DNA from: Planctomycetota bacterium
GTDB taxonomy: Bacteria > Planctomycetota > Phycisphaerae > Phycisphaerales > UBA1924
Assembly (NCBI GenBank): GCA_014584315.1
Contig: JACTNA010000016.1
Coordinates: 19,566-83,565, forward strand
Reading direction: 5' to 3'
Length of the DNA stretch: 64,000 bases
Numbering within the stretch: position 1 is the stretch's first letter; each line of letters opens with the position of its first letter. Below are positions 58,021 to 64,000 of the stretch, one piece after another. The notes under the pieces were generated by a model that saw nothing but the letters and a program-made list of their open reading frames with translations, ran no database searches and was not told the origin of the DNA. Made by a program: the position numbers and the translations under genes.

Positions 58021-60719
58021 GGCGACCCCTTCCCGTCGGTGGTCGGCGTCGGCGCGGGAGGCAGTGCGGCGTCGAGTTCGCGCAGTTTCGCGCCCCACGG
58101 CTCGGGGCCGAACTGCGGGAAGAGCGTCTTGTGCTGGTCCAGCACGATGCGGGCGCGGGGGGCATCGGTCGCGGCGAGCAGGCGGAGGGACTCGCAGCGT
58201 GCCTCGAACCACTCGTCGCTGCCCTGGGCGAGGCCGGCGAGCAGCGTGCGCCAGCCTTCCAGCGCGGCTTCGGCGTCGCCCGCTTCCTCGCTCAGGCGCG
58301 AGTAGCGGCGCAACGAGCGTGCGGTGTGCCTACCGAGATCGATCAGGCGTGCGTCGAGACGCAGGGCGGCGTCGCGAGCGGCCTCGTCGCGCTCCAGCCG
58401 CCAGAGCGCGTCGGCGGCGTCCGCGATCGCCTCGACGAGCGACGAGACCTGCTGGTTGGAGATCGACGACTCGATCGGCTCGAATCCCGCGAGAATGCGC
58501 GATCCGAAGCGCACGACTTCCCGCGCCGCGTAGGCGTCGTCGGGATTGGCCCGGCGCTGCTCGAGCGCGACCCGGTACACGAGGCGGTCGGCGGCCTCGG
58601 CGAAGCGGCCCCCGATCTCCTGGAGTCGGCGCGAGGCGGCGTCGATCCTGGGACGGTCGCGGTGAACCAGCGCGATCTGGAGTCTGCGGTACTCGATCTC
58701 CTCCTCCAGGGCGTCGAGATTGAGGCCGAGATAGGCACGGACCTCCTCCAACGTGGTCAACGCGCGCTCGGCGCGGCGCACGTCGGGCGCGGCGGCGGAC
58801 ATCAGCACGTCGAGCAACTGCCGGACGCGGAGCACGATGAAATCGGCGGCCTCGCCCGCTTCGACCGGCGTGCCGTTCATCACGGTCCATCGGTCGCGCT
58901 CGATCAACTCCTCGGCGACGGCGGCGAACCGCGCGGCCATCGCCCCGCGATCGGCGGGACGGGCGACGCGGCACTGCGTGTAGAGCAACCTCGCCGCGTG
59001 CCGACGGGCCGTGTCGTAGAGCGCGGACTCTCGCGGCACGGCGAGCAGCACCTCGATGGCCTCGGCGTCGTCGATCAAACCTCCCTCGACGCGGCGCAGA
59101 AGGAGCCTCGCGGCGCGCTCGGTCCTCGGGAACGACTGGAGGAACACGCCGGCAAGGCGGTCGCGCCGCGGGACGAGCGACAGCCGCCCCCCCTCGACGG
59201 CCCGATCGAGCGCGACGATGGCGTACCAGAGCGCTTCCTGGCGATCGTCCTCGCTCGGCGCGAGCGAGGCCGCGACCTCGTAGGCGTCCGCCGCCGGCTC
59301 CGGCTCCCCCGCGTAATAGAGCGACAGTCCGCGGAGCAGCGCGGCTCGCGCTCGTTCCTTCGGGAACTTGCTCGCGTCCTGAGCGTCCACGCCGAGCAGG
59401 AGCGCACGGGCGGCCTCGCGGTAGCGATTCGCGACGGCCTCGTCGGCGGTCGGGGCCTCGCCGTCCTCGCCGGCCTTGGCGTGGTTCTCGCGGGCTCGCT
59501 CGTAGGCGCGCAGGCCGCGCACGAACTGGACGATGAACCCCTCGTTGCCGATGGGCGCGGTGCCGTAGCGTCCGACGAGGTCGATCACGTGGCCGACCTC
59601 GCCGCGCGCGACGAGGTCGCCGAGCGCCGTCTGGGCGAGCGTCTCCAGGAGGCGGTCACGCCCGGCGAGACCGCGTGCCTTGGGATCGTCGAGCGCTTCG
59701 AGCACGACGACGGCGAGCAGTCTGGCGTCGGCGGTTTCGAGGCGCGTCTCGCTCGCGTCCCCGCCGCGCCGAGCGCGGGCGATCATCAGGTCGAGGTCCG
59801 CCCAGCGGCGGGCGGCGCCGAGGACCGCGATGCGTCGCGTGAAGAGTTGCCTGCGGACGGACTCGGGCACCTCCGGCGATTCGACGAGCACGTCGAGCCA
59901 GCGCACGGCCTCGACGTCCTTGCCCTGCACCGAGGCCGCGAGCGCAACGCCCATCGCGGCGCGGGCGACGTGCTCGAAGCGCAGGAGCGGCGCGGGCAGG
60001 CGCTCGACGGTCGGCTCGCGGTTGCCGGGTGCGTTCAGGAGCCAGCCGAAGTCCCGCTTCGCCTGTTCGGCGAGGCGCACGTCGCCGCTGACAAGGGCGA
60101 GGTAGTAGCGCGACCAGCCGGCGTAGTACATGGCGAGCGATCGGAGCCGGCGCGCGTCCGCGAGTTGCTCCTTGACGGCCTGCGGGTCGGGGTCGCTGCC
60201 CCGCGACTCGCGGCGTTCGAGCGACTCGACGCGCCGATGGACCTTCGTGCCGGCGTCCTCGAAGATCGGCAGCACCGAGCGCAGCACGCGCTCCGCCTCG
60301 CTTCGCTCCTCGGGGCCGGCGATGCGGAGCCGGTGCAGTTCGGCGAGTTCCTCGCCCTTGAGGTACGACGCCTTGGCGAGATTGATGCGGAGCTCGAAGG
60401 ACTCCGAGTCCGGCACCTTGAGCAACAGTTCACGGCTGAGCGCCTCGGCACGAGCTCGCTGCTCGGGTGTGGCCGCATCGGTGAGCAAACGCACGTAGAG
60501 GGTCCCGAGGCGCTCGGCGATGGCGATCCGCTCGTCGCCGAGCGTCGAGTCGAGACGCTCCTGCAGGCGGGCGGCGAGCAGGTCGGTCAGCCCGCGATCG
60601 GCGAGATAGCGCTCGACGGCGTCCTCGCCCGCCGATTCGGGCTGCGCCGCGGCCACGCCCGCGACGAGCGCGAGGAACGCGAGGAGGACCGCGAGGATGG
60701 CGTCAGTTCGCCGGCACAT
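58017..60719 (-). CDS. 900-aa secreted helical-repeat (TPR-like by composition) protein, hypothetical
   Basis: Internal ATG 60717-60719. Signal peptide MCRRTDAILAVLLAFLALVAGVAAA. Long Ala/Leu/Arg/Glu-rich helical repeats (e.g. RSLAMYYAGWSRYYLAL, RGLSLYYAGEPEPAADAY). The listed N-terminal extension is Ser/Pro junk. Confidence 0.7.
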   Translation of the reverse strand: MCRRTDAILAVLLAFLALVAGVAAAQPESAGEDAVERYLADRGLTDLLAARLQERLDSTLGDERIAIAERLGTLYVRLLTDAATPEQRARAEALSRELLLKVPDSESFELRINLAKASYLKGEELAELHRLRIAGPEERSEAERVLRSVLPIFEDAGTKVHRRVESLERRESRGSDPDPQAVKEQLADARRLRSLAMYYAGWSRYYLALVSGDVRLAEQAKRDFGWLLNAPGNREPTVERLPAPLLRFEHVARAAMGVALAASVQGKDVEAVRWLDVLVESPEVPESVRRQLFTRRIAVLGAARRWADLDLMIARARRGGDASETRLETADARLLAVVVLEALDDPKARGLAGRDRLLETLAQTALGDLVARGEVGHVIDLVGRYGTAPIGNEGFIVQFVRGLRAYERARENHAKAGEDGEAPTADEAVANRYREAARALLLGVDAQDASKFPKERARAALLRGLSLYYAGEPEPAADAYEVAASLAPSEDDRQEALWYAIVALDRAVEGGRLSLVPRRDRLAGVFLQSFPRTERAARLLLRRVEGGLIDDAEAIEVLLAVPRESALYDTARRHAARLLYTQCRVARPADRGAMAARFAAVAEELIERDRWTVMNGTPVEAGEAADFIVLRVRQLLDVLMSAAAPDVRRAERALTTLEEVRAYLGLNLDALEEEIEYRRLQIALVHRDRPRIDAASRRLQEIGGRFAEAADRLVYRVALEQRRANPDDAYAAREVVRFGSRILAGFEPIESSISNQQVSSLVEAIADAADALWRLERDEAARDAALRLDARLIDLGRHTARSLRRYSRLSEEAGDAEAALEGWRTLLAGLAQGSDEWFEARCESLRLLAATDAPRARIVLDQHKTLFPQFGPEPWGAKLRELDAALPPAPTPTTDGKGSP

Positions 60720-61119
60720 ACGTCCGCTTCGTGAAGCCCGCGTCAACGCCGGCCTGGAGCGCCACCGCCGCGGCGTCCCAGGGCACGTCGCCGGAGACCC
60801 GGATGAAGACGCCGCCGTCCTTGGGCAGTTCGCGCAGGACGGCGACGAGTTGGCCGCGCTCGGTGAGCACGTGCTGGCCGATGCGGAAGACCGGGGCCGT
60901 CCCGGCCATCTCGACGCGGACGATCTGGGGTTGGAGGTCCGCGGCCGCTCCGCCGCGGCGTTCAGCGGCGAGCGCGCTGCCGACCTGGGACTCGCGCTTG
61001 GTGAAGGTCGTGGTGACCATGAAGAAGATGAGGAGGAGGAAGACAACGTCGATCATGGTGGTCATGGGCAGCCGCCCGATCTCCTCGCCTTCGCGCTCTG
61101 TGGGTCTCGTGAGTCTCAC
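60703..61119 (-). CDS. Biopolymer transport protein ExbD/TolR family (copy 2)
   Basis: GTG start (GTGA overlap). PMTTMIDVVFLLLIFFMVTTTF is the ExbD TM signature. Confidence 0.88.
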   Translation of the reverse strand: MRLTRPTEREGEEIGRLPMTTMIDVVFLLLIFFMVTTTFTKRESQVGSALAAERRGGAAADLQPQIVRVEMAGTAPVFRIGQHVLTERGQLVAVLRELPKDGGVFIRVSGDVPWDAAAVALQAGVDAGFTKRTYVPAN

Positions 61120-61550
61120 GGGGGCCCTCCCGGAACGTCGGCGGTGCCGACCTGCCAGCGTCGCACGCCGAGGGCCGCGAGCCGATCCACCAGATCATTG
61201 ACCGTCGCGGCACGGGCGGCGCGGTCGGCGCGGATGAGCAGCTCGACGGCCGCGGCGTCGCCGCCCCGCTTGGCGATCTCGGCCTGGAGCGTGCGGACCG
61301 CGCCGTCGAGCGAGACCGGCTCGTTCGCGATGAGGATCGTTCCGTCGCGGCGGACGTCCACGACGACCAGGCCGGAAGCGACGGCGGCGTTCTTCTCGCC
61401 CGGCTGTTCCGGCAGGTCAATGGGCGAACGGATGAGTTGCGAAAACTGGGAAGTGAAAAGAAAGAAGATGATGAGTTGCAGCACCACGTCGATCATGGGC
61501 GTCAGATCGAAGCCTCGCTGCTTGCGTCCTGTCCGGGGCGACAGGTTCAT
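61116..61550 (-). CDS. Biopolymer transport protein ExbD/TolR family (copy 1)
   Basis: Internal ATG 61548-61550 (ATGA overlap). GFDLTPMIDVVLQLIIFFLFTSQF. Confidence 0.88.
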   Translation of the reverse strand: MNLSPRTGRKQRGFDLTPMIDVVLQLIIFFLFTSQFSQLIRSPIDLPEQPGEKNAAVASGLVVVDVRRDGTILIANEPVSLDGAVRTLQAEIAKRGGDAAAVELLIRADRAARAATVNDLVDRLAALGVRRWQVGTADVPGGPP

Positions 61551-62308
61551 GCCGTGCCGACTCCGGTGCGTGGGCGCGGGGCGGGCTTGGCGGCTGGCTG
61601 TGTCGCTCCGGGCGCGGATGCTCCGGCGCTCTCGAGGTGCGAGGCGAGATCGTCGATGGTGCGTCCGATCTCCTGAGCCATGGCGTCGATCCGGTTGCGG
61701 AGCCAGGCGTAGGCGGCGGTGCACGGGATCGCGACGATGAGGCCCATGACGGTGGTGATGAGCGCGACGGAGATGTCGCCCGCGAGCTCATCCGGCCGCG
61801 CGACGCCCTCGCTGGTGCTGAGGGTATCGAACGCGCCGACCATGCCCACCACGGTGCCCAGCAGCCCGAGCATCGGCGCGACCGTGGCGATCAGCCCGAT
61901 GGATTCGGTCGACCGCTGGAGTTTCGACACCTCCTGCTGGCCGGCTTCCTCGAGCGCGGAGCGCAGTTCGAGGAATCCGAAGGCCGAGCGGCGGCATCGG
62001 AGCAATGCCGCCCCGAACACGCGCGTGAGGAACGAGCCGTTCTCCTCGGCGGTGCAGTAGGCGATCGTGCCCTCCGTGTCGCTGGCCCGCAGCATCTCGT
62101 GCAGGCGGGCGACGTGAACGGCCGGGGCGAGGTGCTTCATGCGAAGGCGGACCACCTGCGCGATGATGAGCACCACCGCGACGAACGAGAGGGCGATGAT
62201 CAGGAAACCGACCTGCCGCCCCTGCGAGATGTAGTCCAACAGCGACTTGTCGGCCGCGGCGTCCTGGGCGAGCGTGAACAGGCCGGGCACGAGCGTGGAG
62301 TGGGTCAT
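61547..62308 (-). CDS. MotA/TolQ/ExbB proton-channel family protein
   Basis: Internal ATG 62306-62308 (ATGA overlap). IGLIATVAPMLGLLGTVVGMVGAF and DISVALITTVMGLIVAIPCTAAYAWL. Confidence 0.9.
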   Translation of the reverse strand: MTHSTLVPGLFTLAQDAAADKSLLDYISQGRQVGFLIIALSFVAVVLIIAQVVRLRMKHLAPAVHVARLHEMLRASDTEGTIAYCTAEENGSFLTRVFGAALLRCRRSAFGFLELRSALEEAGQQEVSKLQRSTESIGLIATVAPMLGLLGTVVGMVGAFDTLSTSEGVARPDELAGDISVALITTVMGLIVAIPCTAAYAWLRNRIDAMAQEIGRTIDDLASHLESAGASAPGATQPAAKPAPRPRTGVGTA

Positions 62309-63447
62309 CGTCGAACGGTCTCCGTTGGAAGGGGGTCGGCCGCGGCCTGCTCGCGGGGCGCCTCGCCGTGGCGGCGGATGGCGTCCCAGTCGCAGGCGGG
62401 ATGCCCGGCGAATCGGGTGAGGAGTTCGGCGCGAAGCCTCGACGCCCCGCCCGCGTCGCCCAGCGATTCGAGGGCGACCGCGGCGTCCGCGAGGGCGATG
62501 CCCGCGAGGTAGGGCAACTCGCGTTCGAACGAGGCGGGGACGGTGAGGAGTTCGATCACGCCCAACCGGCGCGCCGAGTCGTCCGGTTCCATGAGCAGCG
62601 AGCGACCCACGCCGAGCCGCGCCCACGCCTGCTGCCATGACGGTGCGCTCGGGTCCAAGAACGGCGCGAGCGACGCTCGCGCGGCGGCGCGGGCCGCGGT
62701 GTCGGTCGCTGTCGTTGCGGTGACGATGTGCAGGACGAACTCGACCCCCGGCTCGCGCGAGGTGACGGCCGGCATCTCGGCTTCGACGCGCGACGCTGCG
62801 CGTGCCGCGTGCAGATACAGGGCGGCGTATGCCTCGGCACGGGTGGAGTACGGCGCGCGTGCGGTGAGGGAACCGCCGGTCGCCAGAACGCGGACCGCCG
62901 GGCCTGGCACCCACAACGGGGGCAGGTCGGCGACGAGGCCGGTCTCCGCGTCGACGACGGATCCGAGTGCCGTGTCGGCGCGGACGGCGGGCGTGCCGCT
63001 CGACTCCCGGGCGCGGAGCCAGGTGATCCACGGCGCGACGGCGAGAGACTGTGCGCTGCGTGCGAGGCGGCACCGCAACAGGCCGAAGGCGATGCGCTCG
63101 CCCGTGGGGCCGCGGTTGTCGTGCATCGACTCGAAGAGTTCCTCGAACAGCGGCTCCGCGCCGGGGACGTCGCCCCGTTCGAGTCTGGCCCTCGCTCTCC
63201 AGGCCCGTTCCGCCATCGGCATGTAGGCCTCGGCGATGGCGGCGTGCTCCCCGCGCACGGCGAGCACCGTGTCCCACGGCACGACAACCGGGGAGGCGCC
63301 GCCGTCGCGAACCGCGATGCCGTCCGACGAGACGGCGACGATGACGCCGGGGGGCAGCGTCGCTCGCCCGCGCAGGGTCAGGATCGGCTCGTCGGCGCGT
63401 GCGGCGGCGGTGAGGGCGATCGCGGCGATGCAGCCGAGGCGGATCAC
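62305..63447 (-). CDS. Secreted hypothetical protein (380 aa)
   Basis: Signal peptide MIRLGCIAAIALTAAARA. ATGA overlaps on both sides. I recognise no motif. Confidence 0.65.
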   Translation of the reverse strand: MIRLGCIAAIALTAAARADEPILTLRGRATLPPGVIVAVSSDGIAVRDGGASPVVVPWDTVLAVRGEHAAIAEAYMPMAERAWRARARLERGDVPGAEPLFEELFESMHDNRGPTGERIAFGLLRCRLARSAQSLAVAPWITWLRARESSGTPAVRADTALGSVVDAETGLVADLPPLWVPGPAVRVLATGGSLTARAPYSTRAEAYAALYLHAARAASRVEAEMPAVTSREPGVEFVLHIVTATTATDTAARAAARASLAPFLDPSAPSWQQAWARLGVGRSLLMEPDDSARRLGVIELLTVPASFERELPYLAGIALADAAVALESLGDAGGASRLRAELLTRFAGHPACDWDAIRRHGEAPREQAAADPLPTETVRR

Positions 63448-64000
63448 GGCCCACCCCCCGCGACGAAGGTGTAGGTGCCGCCGGACTCGCGCGCGATGCG
63501 CCGCATGAGCGGCTCGGCGTCGCGCGAGACGAAGCAGATGCAGTGGATGGGGACGCGATGCTCGGCGTTGAGGCGCTCGATCTCGCCCGCGACCTGTTCC
63601 GGAAACTCGCCGTCGGTCATGAAGAAGATGGCGTCCGGCCGCGGGCGCAACTGGAAGGCCAGGTGGAAGGCCGGTCCGGGATTGGTGCCCCCGCCGGACT
63701 GGATGGCCATGATCTCTCGGCGCGACGACCGCTTGTTTCGCTCGTTGGCCTGGAGCCAGCGGACCTCTTCTCCGAGCGGGGTCGCGCTGGTGGAGAACGT
63801 GATGGGGAGGTAGTGGGCGTTCTCGAGCAGGCCGTCGATGGACTTGGCCAGTTCGTCGCGGAGGCGTTCGATCTTGCCGCCGAAGCTCATCGAGCCGGAG
63901 ATGTCCACGATATAGACGAATCGCGAGCCTGTGGCCTCCGCGCCGAAGAAGCCGGCACCCCCCGCGCCTCCGCCGCCCTCGCCCATGCCCGGCCCGCTGC
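63444..64000 (-). CDS. von Willebrand factor type A (VWA) domain protein, 5' end probably beyond the window
   Basis: MIDAS residues FVYIVDISGSM, GGGTNPGPAF, IFFMTDGE. The frame is still open at 64000, so the listed ATG at 63986 (within a Gly-rich stretch) need not be the true start. Confidence 0.8.
   Translation of the reverse strand, partial: SGPGMGEGGGGAGGAGFFGAEATGSRFVYIVDISGSMSFGGKIERLRDELAKSIDGLLENAHYLPITFSTSATPLGEEVRWLQANERNKRSSRREIMAIQSGGGTNPGPAFHLAFQLRPRPDAIFFMTDGEFPEQVAGEIERLNAEHRVPIHCICFVSRDAEPLMRRIARESGGTYTFVAGGGP

Overview
High-GC (about 70%) bacterial chromosomal segment. By inference it is most consistent with Planctomycetota, Phycisphaerae-like: many prepilin-type/DUF1559-like proteins, an N-terminal 'FESLENRKLLA' motif on a giant secreted protein, and a C-terminal GC-type dockerin-like tail. 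I support 53 CDS, one tRNA-Gly(UCC) and three hairpin terminators. I see no rRNA, CRISPR, transposase or integrase.

Main blocks:
1. 1-15082 (-): a type II secretion / type IV pilus-like operon. It has two GspE/PilB-type ATPases, PilT, GspF, four oversized pseudopilins and a >1330-aa GspK-like gene. That last gene is missing from the ORF track because it runs off the left edge.
2. 15341-23553 (+): coaB, an RluA-like/methyltransferase fusion, a DUF2325-like protein and a 1340-aa beta-helix surface protein.
3. 23946-32585 (-): a translationally coupled Cus-type heavy-metal RND efflux operon, ending in a protein made of four TRASH/YHS-like repeats.
4. 32713-45098: housekeeping and accessory genes (SSS transporter, DUF1579, YVTN/di-heme peroxidase/dockerin protein, RIC/YtfE, RecQ, M19 dipeptidase, orphan CoA-transferase B subunit).
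5. 45290-47901 (+): a lower-GC four-gene cluster (pseudopilin-like, 12-Cys secreted protein, anchored secreted protein, MauE-like membrane protein).
6. 47924-54187: M50 protease, rplT and rpmI, then two ECF sigma modules. One anti-sigma factor carries a pseudopilin/DUF1559-like periplasmic domain.
7. 54257-64000 (-): the most interesting locus. At least eight tightly overlapped genes are built around one ExbB/TolQ and two ExbD/TolR homologues, with a VWA protein, a giant helical-repeat protein, a 957-aa bitopic protein with a TonB/TolA-like Pro-rich spacer, and three unrecognisable secreted proteins. This is a candidate undescribed proton-motive-force-driven envelope machine.

Many of the longest ORFs in the track are antisense shadows or carry spurious Arg/Pro-rich N-terminal extensions. 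I re-called starts by reading the DNA, and the track counts ATG, GTG and TTG as M. All family assignments rest on motif recognition by eye, with no searches run.
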